This document shows positions 22,701-31,346 of a stretch of 64,000 nucleotides of DNA, one piece after another. The notes under the pieces were generated by a model that searched no databases, had not been told where the DNA came from, and saw only the letters and a list, made by a program, of their open reading frames with translations. The number at the start of each line of letters is the position of its first letter. Within the stretch, counting starts at the first letter, position 1. Made by a program: the position numbers and the translations under genes. The DNA is from a virus. The DNA is taken from positions 11,590-75,589 of IMG/VR virus record IMGVR_UViG_3300031841_003798; one strand, written 5' to 3'.

Positions 22701-25700
22701 AATCGGTGGTCGGTCTGAGTCTGTAACAGTTACAGATCACAATAAACCATTTCCTGCAGAAGCAGGTTTGGCATTTCATAACCGTCAAACCATTCAATCT
22801 AAGTTAGATGGTATGTCATCTAGCCAGATTGATGCAGCAATCAAAGCATTAAGAGATTGGGGTACTAAGTATGTAGATAAACCACTTACTGTAAAAGAGC
22901 GAAAGCAACTTCGCGAGTTATTACGAGCAGTAGGTTACACTACGCAAACTCCGAATGCGTTAAATGTAGCTCTAATGCGTTTACCTAATAACGCACTAGC
23001 CCAAATCGCACAACAAGTAGCTACCTCCGTAGATCTGTTACAATCCAAAGTAGATAGCAACGATAAAAGAGCATTTAATATTTTAAAAACTGTTGCTGCA
23101 AACGTAGTTCCTGCTGACTATCAATCAGTTACAGTAGGATATCGCAATGGAGCTGGTACTACAGTATACAGCCACATGCTGCCGTGTTACCTCACTGAAG
23201 AAGTAGATCGGTTACGAGACAAGACATATCGAACCAAGGTTATGTCTCAAGATAGTCGTTTGCAACCAGGGCTAGCTTGGGAGGTTATGCTGCGAGACGG
23301 ACAGCAAGCAGAGTTCCCTGTATACATGCGCTTTGGTCACTATAAGGGTAAACCTTATACAAAGTTGACTGTTGCTCAGCGAGCATTGTATGACATTGCT
23401 ACTATGTATCCGGATGGTGGACGTAAGAATTCTGACAGTAGCTATATCGCTATTCCGGTGCCGTCTGATGCAGACAACACTATGCTTGTTCGGTCTATGT
23501 GGCTGAGCTTAAGCGCATCTAAACGCCGCAAAGAACTTCAACATATTATTGATGTAGACCAAAACACTAGCGATAGTCGTTTACCGCAAACCGTTGAAGA
23601 GTTAGAACAAAAATTTAAGCAGGAAGGCATTGAATACCTTGCTAAAATTGGTAAATCTGGGCGGAATGCAATTAAGAAAATTGCTGCTGAACGTAGCAAA
23701 AAAGAAAATCGCACGGTTACGTCTGAAGAAATTGCTGCAGAAATGATGGCTGCTCAGTTTCATTCAAACTGGAATACTGCACACTGGATCGGTGGAGCAG
23801 TAGAAGAGTTTGATAACGGAAGCACGATTCAAATGCAAAAACGCTTTAAACAAGTCTTGTCTCCTGGTACACCTAGCTTCTTAAATGAAGATAGTGACAT
23901 GTTTGTAAGCATCACTTTCGAAGAACCTATTAAAGAATACGCAGACGATGATCCGCGTAGCAAAGAGTTTGGTGCAGTTAAACGAGCCGACGCACAGACG
24001 TATGTTACGCTAGCGCACTACCGTCGAGTAATGCGCGCTCATGGTAAGCTTACTCCTGCCATGGATGCTGCTATTACTAAAGCAGAAAACCGAGAGAAGT
24101 TAACTCGCGGAGAACGTGCATTGTTGCGCCCATATAAACCATTCTACTATGGTCGTATTGAGCGCGGTGGTGTCCGTGTGGGTGTGCAGATTAAAAATTC
24201 TTTGTTTCCATTAATTCCCTTAGATACAGAGGGTACAGAGCTTGATAAGCTCCGTGATTTTATGGAGACTAATAACATTGATCAAGCTCAACCAGTAACT
24301 GCGCATAAGGTTGGTCGTCCTAGTAACACAGTCAAACTTTGGACTAAGGATAACAAGTGGGATTCAGAGTCTGCTCAAGACTTTTCTGCTAGTGTTCAGA
24401 CCCTTCCGATGGCACACTACCGTCAGCAGGTTCAGATTAATGACCACATGATGAACAGCGATACCATCGGTTGGGGTACGCAGGTCAGTAAGATCATCAT
24501 GGGTGGCTTGCTGAGCATGGACAGCCTGACCATTGGCGGTAAAACTATGACTGGCCAGGAGGTCGTTGATCAACTTAAGCACAAGGAAAACGAGTTAGTT
24601 CGCAATCAGATTAAAGAGATTCGCAAGCGCTACTTTACTAAAGAAGGTGAGTTAGATGAAGTAGCTATTCGTAAGTTGTTGCAAAGCGAGTTAGGTGATC
24701 AAGCAGCATCTGGATTACGTCAGCTTCTTGATGATGTCGAACATGGACGTGCGTCAATTACTAATCCTCATTACAAAGGTCAGATTGCTCTAGCTCTTAT
24801 TTCGCTTATGCAGAAAAAGCATAAGCATTTGCAGGTGCCTGGTGGTACGCAGGTACAGGTTTCTGACTTAGGTCGGGACAATGGCGTGTCCGGAGATTTA
24901 GAGGGCATGCGCATCGACCCAAAAACAGGTAAGGTTTTACCAGCGCAGGTTATTACCTCTCGAAACTTCTTACCTAAGAAGTATCGCAACATGAGCATTG
25001 AGGAAATCCGCAAGGTTGATCCTGAAGCGTTGCAGATGGTGGTTTACCGTATTCCTGGTGAGGGCAAAAACTCTATGGCTGTAGTGGAAGTTGTAGAGTT
25101 CTTGGAGAATGGTCAAGATGGTATGATCGTTCCTGCTGATTTTGTTGCACAGATGGGTTCTGACTTCGACGTCGACAAACTGTACATCAATTGGAAAAGC
25201 GATCGCAGCGGTAAGAATGCTGAGATTTGGAACGAGTACTTTGACCTGATGAAAGGAGTGCTTACAGATCCTACTGTCTTTGAACAAGAAGTCCGTAAGC
25301 CTCAAGGTTTTGAACTTCTACAAGAATTAGCTAAAAAGCGTAAGGCAACTGCACGTGGGCGTCAGCTTAAAACTATGGATGGTACTATTGATACATACCT
25401 CCGTGGTAACCCATACAGTGGTTTATCGCAATTGCAGCTATGGGAAGACAACATGGCTGGCGTTAGCCTTAAGGGTATTGCAGCTAAAGCCAATACCTTC
25501 TGGCTCAACGTCGAGCGCTTTGGATTTGAAGTTGAATTTGAGACTAAGGCTGGAGGTATTACCAAATTAGACCCTAGCAATGTTGATTTGGCACACCGGC
25601 AGCTAACAGCACAAGGTGTTGCTGCAGCTATGGACGGCGCTAAAGATCCGGTGTATGGATACTTAGGTTTAAACGAAAAGAACTGGGAGTTCTTTCATGA

Positions 25701-28700
25701 CTTGTATATGCTAGGTATGAGCTTGGAAGATGCAATTAAGATTGCGAGTAATCCTCAGGTTGTCGCCGAGCTCAACTTTGAGGGGGACGCCTATTTAAAA
25801 ACGGATCGGACCGATGCTCAAAAAGCTGAGGATGCCGAGGCTATGGAGGTTTTCGAAGCCTACAAGAAAGATTGGCAAAAGGTATTGATGCCATTAAAGA
25901 TGCTTGCACGTGTTGGAGAAAGCAAGCTTATCGATATGGCACAAGCTATTACTCCTGTTGCTGCAGGAGGACCCCGCCAGGCTGAGTTACGTACCGTTAA
26001 GCACAACGGCGCTGAAGGCGACGGTGTCCAAGATGTACCAATTCTGTCAGCTCACTTAGAGTTGACGGAGGCGATTAAGGAGATCATGGGTGGACTGCAG
26101 ATTCATTACTTCACCATGAAGGATGCAACCGGCTTAGAGTTTGCAGCACACTTACGAGGTCAGACTTATATGTCTGCAGATAATTATTTAGGAGCTGCAG
26201 TAGGCGACTTCAAACGTATGGGTAAGATTAGTACTCTTATTGAAGAGGGTGCTACACAACGACCACAGCGTAAGCAACGCGAAGAAGGTGATTACAGCAA
26301 TTGGAACATGCAGGACTTCATTAGCTACTTTGCTACTGAAGAGGGGCAAGCGTTACTAGAAGCAGATCCGGATTTAGCTCGGGTCTTGCAGCACACTCGG
26401 TTGGGTAAGGAGTACAAAGCTATGCCTGCTGGTACTCGCGATCAATTCCGTTTAATCAATCTCTTGCCAGTTGGGTTAAGTGATGCAGAAGTAGCTAACG
26501 ACTTTAGTGATTCCTGGGATGCATTACTTACAGACAGTAGTAAGCACCCTATTGCTAGCGCTTTAGGTACTGCTCTGGTAGAATACGAAGCTGAGCGTAG
26601 CGGTTGGCGTTATGGTAGTGACACCTTCTCTCAACACTTGCCTCATAGTGTAGTTATGAATCTTACTGCAGTAGACAATGACACCAGTGGAAACACTGCT
26701 CGTTTAATTGAAGCTTTGAATCCTAATATACCTCAGGTATTTAGGCAAAAAGAAGCTGAAGCTAAGCGAGGAGCGGTTAAATATGTAGACAAAAATGGTC
26801 GTACACGTATTTACTTAGACCGCTATAATGCTGTTGAAGAAAAGTTTGAACGCGGGTTTGTTATTTTGCCCAACTCTTCTCAGCACAAAGGATTCAAAGG
26901 TTTAGTCAGTCTTGGCGCTATTGAACAAGCTTTAAGCGCAAATATTGCAGAAACTAAAAAGAAAAGTCGTTCTGTAAAGTCTGTGGGCACCGAAGAAAAC
27001 TACGATACCCGTAAGCAACACTTAGAAGGTGTATTTGCTAGTGCAGGTATTCGAGTAAAGGTGCGTAAAGACAGATCTATCGAAGGTGCCGGTGAGGTAG
27101 TGTGGGATGGTGAGACTGGTGAGATTAAAGTGCACCCGAGTCGTATGGGTGGAGACACTGTGATCCACGAGTTTGCTCACATTTATGTTGAGCTGTTAGG
27201 CTACGAACACCCGTTAGTTCAAGATGCTATCAAGGAACTGCGTGGCACAGCTTTGTACCAAGAGATTAAAGAGTTGTATCCCAATCTTAACCAGCGGGAC
27301 TTAGACTTAGAAGTCTTGGTTACTGCTATGGGCCGCAAGGGAGACAAGATCTTCAACAATGCTAAACAAGAAAACCGGTTCCAAACTTTAATCCGGCGTA
27401 TCATTCGAGCTATTGGTAAGGTGCTTGGTGTCCAGCAAGACACTGCTAAGTTCTTAGCTCAAAATATGATCGCTGGCGTTGGGCTCAATGCTAAGGATGT
27501 AAAGGCGTTTAAAGCAGAGCAGCGTATTAGTAAGCGTGTAAATGAAGCTAAGCTCCAAGAAGAGATTGTTCGCGAGCTGGGTGAGCGTACGCGTGAAATG
27601 CGTGAGTTGGGTATGACCAACGCTGAGGAGACTCAGATGATGAACGAGATCATCGAGGGTCGTCGGAAGATTGCCAATGTCAATGTAGAAGCAAGTAAGG
27701 CAGACGTTGTGTCGTCTGTAACTGACTTTGCTGAAGACATGCTGGAGCGAACTAATGCTTTTTTAGATGTCGGTCCTAAGTATTTAGCTAGTTCGCGGAA
27801 TGTAGCAGAGATGACTCAGAGCGATGTAGACTTCTTTAATTCTATTCGCCAGCTGAAACAAACCTTAAGTACACTAGAGCAGGCTGTACAAAACTTCGAA
27901 GAAACTGAACCAGGCGATAAAGTTCTGGAGTTCAAGAAGTTAAAGGATCGTATCCCTCAAGTGTTGCGCAACTTGCGTGATCTAGAGCGCGAAGCAGTCA
28001 ATAACAAGCTTAAAGCTCAGAGTGCCAATCTCGAGATTCGAGAGATCGAAGAAAACTTGTTTGATCTAGCGGCTAATACTGAGCTGTCGCATTACATGCA
28101 AGACAGTGGAGCTGCTACTATGTGGTTACAGGGTATGGGTGAGCAGGGACCTGTGGTTCTTCAACTCTTAAAGAAACAGATCGACCGTGTCGTTGAGGGT
28201 GCTGCTATGGAAGTACGTAACGACAAAGCTGAAGTTGATCGTATTCTCGATAATTACGGAGATGCTCCGATCGAAAACCTGTTAGACGAAACAGGTCAAG
28301 CATTTATTAGCCCCATTCGCGATGCGTACTGGGAAGAGCGGGCCGAAGCTGCAGCTGCAGGAATTGATCTTCGTTTATGGGAAGCTCAAAATAATCACAT
28401 GCCGTACACCAATGAGTATTACGAGTGGTTGTACAGCAAGGAGAATCAAGAGATTCGTCAGCTTACTCGTAAGCTTAACCAGCTTAAGGAGATTAAAGCC
28501 AAGCGTGGTTTAACGGAAGAAGAAATCATCCAAGAAGAAGTTTGGAAGAAAGACTTAGAAGACTTACGTGTCAGCAATAACCGTTGGGGTAAGTTTAATG
28601 AGCACGACGTAGATGTTGAGGGCTATACTGCAGCTCGTGCTAAAGCTAAAAAGGATGGTACTCTTGAGCAGTTCGATCAAGAGCATCCCTGGGTACTGCG

Positions 28701-30663
28701 AGGATCTAAATACTATCCTGCAATTGGTAACCCCTACCACAAAGGGTTTAAAGTGCGAGACAAGTACAAAAATCCTAACTGGAAGGAAGGCGATACCCAA
28801 CGGCCATTAGACCAGTGGAAAAACCCTGCATATGAAAAGCTTTCTGATTTAGAGAAAGAAACTATTTCAGGGCTGCAAAAGGTTATGGGTAAATACTTGC
28901 CTCAAGACAGTCCTTTTATGCAGCAGAACTTAATTCCACAAATTGGAGAGATCAAGGGTAAGTCCTTGAAAGAACATGTTAACCAAGCACTTAAGGTTGA
29001 AGGCAAGGAACAGCGTCAACGGTTAGATGCTGAGGGTAGGTTTGTTCCTATCAGGAGTGTCGTACCCATCCTTCGTAGGAACAAGAAGGGCGATAAGGTA
29101 AATACTAATCTCCGCGAAAGCATTCCTGAGTTTTTAGATCAGGTCAGTGCGGAGCGTACCAAGAATACGTTGAGTGCTCTTATGCTTGCTACTCGAGATC
29201 AACTGGCAGACTCAGACTTGGTTACCGGAAAAGGTATTGATGTAGTTGGTTCAGGCAAGCGTACTGAAAAGAAAGAAGCCTTAACTCGTGGTGAGCGTTC
29301 GCGTGCTATTCGTGTGCTCGACCATGCGCTGGAAGGATACTTGGGTCAAGGTTGGACTGACCAAGGTAAGAATGACAAGCGTGTTAAGAAGTTCTTAACC
29401 TATACATCGTTTATGGGTATTGGTCTCAACGTGTCTGCATGGGTAAACAACGTTGCCTATGGTTCACTGCAGCAGCGTCTCGAGACTTTAGGTGGTGCTC
29501 AATGGTCTAGAAAACAAATGCGTCAGGCTCGTCGTAAAGTGCAAGCTGGTTTGTTAGACTTAATTAAAGCTCGCAATAAGAATAGCGTTCCTACTAGTCG
29601 TGACGCAGCGCTGCTAACATTCTTCGATGTTACTATGGACCAACGTGAATTGCCGGACGGTGTTGATACGATCAACAAGCTGTTCGACAAAGCATACTTC
29701 GGCCAGACCTATGGTGAGATTGTCATGCAAAGCCAGGTAATGCTTGCGCTTATGATGAACACTCAAGTTCGGTTACCTGGAGAGGAAGGTACCATTTCTC
29801 TGTATGATGCATTAGAGTGGAAAGGCGGTAAAGACATTGTTCTACCTAAAGGCGCAATGATTGTAAAAGCTGACGGGCTTGAGGTTCCGTTGACTCTGCA
29901 GGAGTTAGGTGCGCTTAAGAGCAAGGCTCGCGGTATTCTTCAGCGGATCCACGGTGCATACAACCAAGAAGACATTGGTATGTGGCACCGGAGCACGTTG
30001 GGGCAAGTTGTTTACCAGTTCCGTAAGTGGGTGCCTCAATCCGTTAAACGGCGTTTTGGTAAAGACAGCTTTAATGAGATCCGTGAAGAGCAGGAGGTTG
30101 GATACTACCGTGCTTTGTGGAACGGCGTATTAGCTGGCGCTTTCAAGGACGGTAAGTTTGGTGCATTCTTAGCAGCCTACAATGAAATGTCGGATAAGCC
30201 GCATATGCAAGCAGCTGCGCGTAAGGCTACAATGGAGCTGGGAGCTGCAGTATTCTTGTTTGCCATGACTAATCTACTGGCTTCTTTAGTAGAGCTAGAC
30301 GATGACGATGATGACGAGTTTGCACTCTTAAATGATGAGTACTATAAGGCTAAGCTGTTGTACCATACAGATCGTCTCTACATGGAATTTGCACAATACA
30401 CGCCAATCGGTATTGTCGACTTTGCTAAAAAGTTTGGTAAAGACCCGGCTGCAGCGTGGCGTACAATGATGACTGCAGGCAATGTTGCCGCAGAAGCAAC
30501 GTATACCGCATTTTCTTTTGGAGAGTTACGGACGTTCCAAGGTGGTCGCCACTACGGTGATATCAAGCTGACAAACTATATCGAACGATTGGTCCCTGGT
30601 TGGAAGCAATACATTCGTATGCGAGATACGGTAGATAGTTACCAGACCTACCGACTGGTTTAA
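16735..30663 (+). CDS. Giant virion-packaged DNA-dependent RNA polymerase polyprotein (crAss-like) with two zincin motifs
   Basis: 4642 aa; catalytic GSDFDVDK (25162-25179) preceded by YRIPGEGKNSM; QKRFK..LSPG and ADAQTYVT motifs; HEAFH (21349-21363) with EERLAEAF, and HEFAH (27166-27180) with EVLVTAMG. Confidence 0.9.
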   Translation: MAENINFDSTPATASDRKAAADFTPQADNLQFEGAPRGYEDTEPLAQVSAAQPALKYAPYTQYFGSLNTRDAAAARGQSAGSKLAGGLYQGVVGEVIGGTLQGLGSFGMFADSEENFLYQLGEGLREHTMDATPIFEREAGKAFAFNDVGWWAKNMPSMLSTLSMFIPGAAIGKGAAMLGRAAAASGRAGRILKGVQAAQKADKTVDKAEAAAALAGKEAALAGRMESQAQTIGTALGMRHAENIREAMDIQQQATTDFIESGMSVEEMKGTEAYRAWKAENGDREPTRYDLAKYVGGAAAKRSYAVNSSNLVFDLAQSAMIFKPFKLRTRGAKATTAEAADAAKKLGDKVVKEAKGNRFSRFADRYGEYIGGMASEGVEEAVNFIGSGEGIAYGEQLRGMENEGFQSRLNDYLNDDHLWESAFFGALGGGLFQAVGGAFGKKQNALLKSYEERIKTQKYFAEKIKKAEEKGDVKEVKKLKNQMITNLAMQAAQQGRVDQLIDQLNDEAYIEELAKTGIGTKEELMEQREQIIETVLTAEKHYRTANQWAIDNGMDAFARGEYLKDSIDQQNLLDYVNKRIEEIEEEGNVQQDERSVMAAKKAVLEDLKKRMQGNKVEQEKFKDQFIALQEEVTKYEEKQGKPIDISAANEATYESQALAVLQQSAKDRLAYMKSDAAIVRYNKLGQETAKKQQKKLEKDLLKNISEMENEEQLEDFIKKSRRNKDTKFKEAAERRLKELREQKKVDKKVKTGKSEDSADTTGEEGSSEDDGTTTETGQTTLEFPEDDDQSGATDEEDAPPSGPTRKPLELEPLPALLQRIQQEGEEARDALLAELKQVRVDLTNEKKRIRRAIDAAKKAGKPTATLEANYKQADEEQGKLTKDYIPALRKMEFKEDKTTVTSDGFKAREEGLDESEAKRRERELLEDGGANVFALDLIRAFLPHLTAGKSLFGLPFDEWRLDSSSANVKDGRLVIADEDVEKYKALQAALQGKAKVRIVETDESFGTESSEEASIFSRKEASRVDKIPRKRIDGKVQYKVKRGKERHYAIEVDLGTKKVIIGYVPQATTALKHAASSLSLLKKEEREAALDLLASDITGDRFAMQTMFAMMHTGDFQALEAVDRIITLRRILDRRDGVPLDIDLRQEGRGSLLRPSVDSTVRLGDLHNINTTIEEHGICIMVSEGQDTYLYNLKTGQREARKPYQDGKKGLDSSEGIDYGKGSFFVPIQASDDVNDIIYVRIGDVPLSRIGNGVIEDVLDTLKDQRLSVEERTDALRAVMAVRPNSKELTETQLANITNNHLKNGAIVTPTRTYFVQGGVAIGVYNNKTGEFIATESEAAGVSTVSDAIGQMNFRGTVRDGAQDYSLENDRIAQLVQEVQSPVAPIIDAHGNFIGYRHPITALEQRNPKLYNPDTRQTQATIQVDMSQLVDESTDVVEPEDKKPKGKKKEESSGGVKKTSGKNPFFMTTEVAAESQLDRQATDKEQKQAEEWLDKNLPHVPFRRVRGLITRGGATAYGIWEQGTVQVSDLAVVGTEFHEAFHAVMDTYLPESRKAKILAEADKKYGNPTSKQLAKLKELYPDATASELQDIYLEERLAEAFREYMLSSGLSMAEKSATARFFAELLELIQAMFTGQFRARQLMQQINKGTFAYKPDARTKNYVKKYMAVPGFSALELKELASVLPLALNETLDQVNQYLAAKQEGQEKANEFLDEYYSDPQAAKLKEKVRQIGDAVAARRTEQPETDGESKPLGKKEIAELVLEAAFEEQGGIETLFFWASVNASDKMKEQMDADIDRIRLNKDALVRDMLNRKGVVSALVDTLEADVITGNTDAQQYGGKSMMEVNPKEKIPASVRNLISRTMAMPTVLSEAVIEAMEQNDPEVLRDAVLKHAAQNTFDQFSQFGLPRMLDFNQVYPYLLHHLSTATNYAEMLQRLEDLGRKGNPDMLLLKAKLEDSRTPELVRNQFFVAFKRAKTDEISVTTRNILIGGRSESVTVTDHNKPFPAEAGLAFHNRQTIQSKLDGMSSSQIDAAIKALRDWGTKYVDKPLTVKERKQLRELLRAVGYTTQTPNALNVALMRLPNNALAQIAQQVATSVDLLQSKVDSNDKRAFNILKTVAANVVPADYQSVTVGYRNGAGTTVYSHMLPCYLTEEVDRLRDKTYRTKVMSQDSRLQPGLAWEVMLRDGQQAEFPVYMRFGHYKGKPYTKLTVAQRALYDIATMYPDGGRKNSDSSYIAIPVPSDADNTMLVRSMWLSLSASKRRKELQHIIDVDQNTSDSRLPQTVEELEQKFKQEGIEYLAKIGKSGRNAIKKIAAERSKKENRTVTSEEIAAEMMAAQFHSNWNTAHWIGGAVEEFDNGSTIQMQKRFKQVLSPGTPSFLNEDSDMFVSITFEEPIKEYADDDPRSKEFGAVKRADAQTYVTLAHYRRVMRAHGKLTPAMDAAITKAENREKLTRGERALLRPYKPFYYGRIERGGVRVGVQIKNSLFPLIPLDTEGTELDKLRDFMETNNIDQAQPVTAHKVGRPSNTVKLWTKDNKWDSESAQDFSASVQTLPMAHYRQQVQINDHMMNSDTIGWGTQVSKIIMGGLLSMDSLTIGGKTMTGQEVVDQLKHKENELVRNQIKEIRKRYFTKEGELDEVAIRKLLQSELGDQAASGLRQLLDDVEHGRASITNPHYKGQIALALISLMQKKHKHLQVPGGTQVQVSDLGRDNGVSGDLEGMRIDPKTGKVLPAQVITSRNFLPKKYRNMSIEEIRKVDPEALQMVVYRIPGEGKNSMAVVEVVEFLENGQDGMIVPADFVAQMGSDFDVDKLYINWKSDRSGKNAEIWNEYFDLMKGVLTDPTVFEQEVRKPQGFELLQELAKKRKATARGRQLKTMDGTIDTYLRGNPYSGLSQLQLWEDNMAGVSLKGIAAKANTFWLNVERFGFEVEFETKAGGITKLDPSNVDLAHRQLTAQGVAAAMDGAKDPVYGYLGLNEKNWEFFHDLYMLGMSLEDAIKIASNPQVVAELNFEGDAYLKTDRTDAQKAEDAEAMEVFEAYKKDWQKVLMPLKMLARVGESKLIDMAQAITPVAAGGPRQAELRTVKHNGAEGDGVQDVPILSAHLELTEAIKEIMGGLQIHYFTMKDATGLEFAAHLRGQTYMSADNYLGAAVGDFKRMGKISTLIEEGATQRPQRKQREEGDYSNWNMQDFISYFATEEGQALLEADPDLARVLQHTRLGKEYKAMPAGTRDQFRLINLLPVGLSDAEVANDFSDSWDALLTDSSKHPIASALGTALVEYEAERSGWRYGSDTFSQHLPHSVVMNLTAVDNDTSGNTARLIEALNPNIPQVFRQKEAEAKRGAVKYVDKNGRTRIYLDRYNAVEEKFERGFVILPNSSQHKGFKGLVSLGAIEQALSANIAETKKKSRSVKSVGTEENYDTRKQHLEGVFASAGIRVKVRKDRSIEGAGEVVWDGETGEIKVHPSRMGGDTVIHEFAHIYVELLGYEHPLVQDAIKELRGTALYQEIKELYPNLNQRDLDLEVLVTAMGRKGDKIFNNAKQENRFQTLIRRIIRAIGKVLGVQQDTAKFLAQNMIAGVGLNAKDVKAFKAEQRISKRVNEAKLQEEIVRELGERTREMRELGMTNAEETQMMNEIIEGRRKIANVNVEASKADVVSSVTDFAEDMLERTNAFLDVGPKYLASSRNVAEMTQSDVDFFNSIRQLKQTLSTLEQAVQNFEETEPGDKVLEFKKLKDRIPQVLRNLRDLEREAVNNKLKAQSANLEIREIEENLFDLAANTELSHYMQDSGAATMWLQGMGEQGPVVLQLLKKQIDRVVEGAAMEVRNDKAEVDRILDNYGDAPIENLLDETGQAFISPIRDAYWEERAEAAAAGIDLRLWEAQNNHMPYTNEYYEWLYSKENQEIRQLTRKLNQLKEIKAKRGLTEEEIIQEEVWKKDLEDLRVSNNRWGKFNEHDVDVEGYTAARAKAKKDGTLEQFDQEHPWVLRGSKYYPAIGNPYHKGFKVRDKYKNPNWKEGDTQRPLDQWKNPAYEKLSDLEKETISGLQKVMGKYLPQDSPFMQQNLIPQIGEIKGKSLKEHVNQALKVEGKEQRQRLDAEGRFVPIRSVVPILRRNKKGDKVNTNLRESIPEFLDQVSAERTKNTLSALMLATRDQLADSDLVTGKGIDVVGSGKRTEKKEALTRGERSRAIRVLDHALEGYLGQGWTDQGKNDKRVKKFLTYTSFMGIGLNVSAWVNNVAYGSLQQRLETLGGAQWSRKQMRQARRKVQAGLLDLIKARNKNSVPTSRDAALLTFFDVTMDQRELPDGVDTINKLFDKAYFGQTYGEIVMQSQVMLALMMNTQVRLPGEEGTISLYDALEWKGGKDIVLPKGAMIVKADGLEVPLTLQELGALKSKARGILQRIHGAYNQEDIGMWHRSTLGQVVYQFRKWVPQSVKRRFGKDSFNEIREEQEVGYYRALWNGVLAGAFKDGKFGAFLAAYNEMSDKPHMQAAARKATMELGAAVFLFAMTNLLASLVELDDDDDDEFALLNDEYYKAKLLYHTDRLYMEFAQYTPIGIVDFAKKFGKDPAAAWRTMMTAGNVAAEATYTAFSFGELRTFQGGRHYGDIKLTNYIERLVPGWKQYIRMRDTVDSYQTYRLV

Positions 30664-30870
30664 TTATCTGCTAGCTTGATTGATTAAGATATCCAAATAA
30701 TGCTTAGCTTTAAGGAGATCTTGCATGCCATTCTTGCGCTTGTAACGGGTAACGTACTTAATGATGTTGCCCTCTATAAAGCCAATATCATTCGCTAGAA
30801 TGTAATCAATAGGTTGGATGGGGAGATCGTAATGGTCTCCCCCAACTTGCTCAGTCTTCTTCGTTTCCAT
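30664..30870 (-). CDS. DUF3310 family protein
   Basis: VGGDHY..IQPIDYI....GFIEGNIIKYVTRYKRKNG.QDLLKAKHYL. Confidence 0.85.
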   Translation of the reverse strand: METKKTEQVGGDHYDLPIQPIDYILANDIGFIEGNIIKYVTRYKRKNGMQDLLKAKHYLDILINQASR

Positions 30871-31345
30871 ACCAAATCTGGATTTGCGCTAAGTGACTGT
30901 AGTCTAAGTTGATCATGTTATTGATTCCCTTAGTGCAGTTCTTGTAAGTGCGCATGTTCTTCTCGTGTGCTGCTTTAGCTTGAGCTTCAGACTTAGCAGC
31001 ATACACAGTTTTGCCATCTGGTTTGTAAAGCTTGGTCGTTCGGTTAGCCTCTACTTCTTTCGCATAGTCCAGAGTAGCAAGCGAGTTAGCCCGAGCAAGA
31101 CTCAGATGACCGTACCTCTCTTCAGCTATAACAGCAATTCGCTTCTGTCTTTGCTTAGCTCGATCTTCTCGAGCCAAGTTCCATAGCTTCCAATAGAGAC
31201 GTTCGGCATCTGTGTCTTGCTTCACGACCAACTGATCTAGGGGCACCAGGCAAGCATCACATATTAAATGGTTAACCCTAGATAGTTCAGTATTGTAATC
31301 TCCTTTCCAATCTACAGTTGCGATAATTTTATCGAACCAGTTCAT
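30851..31345 (-). CDS. Hypothetical protein
   Basis: 164-aa ORF in the operon orientation, overlapping or abutting neighbours. Confidence 0.65.
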   Translation of the reverse strand: MNWFDKIIATVDWKGDYNTELSRVNHLICDACLVPLDQLVVKQDTDAERLYWKLWNLAREDRAKQRQKRIAVIAEERYGHLSLARANSLATLDYAKEVEANRTTKLYKPDGKTVYAAKSEAQAKAAHEKNMRTYKNCTKGINNMINLDYSHLAQIQIWYGNEED

Positions 31346-31346
31346 C

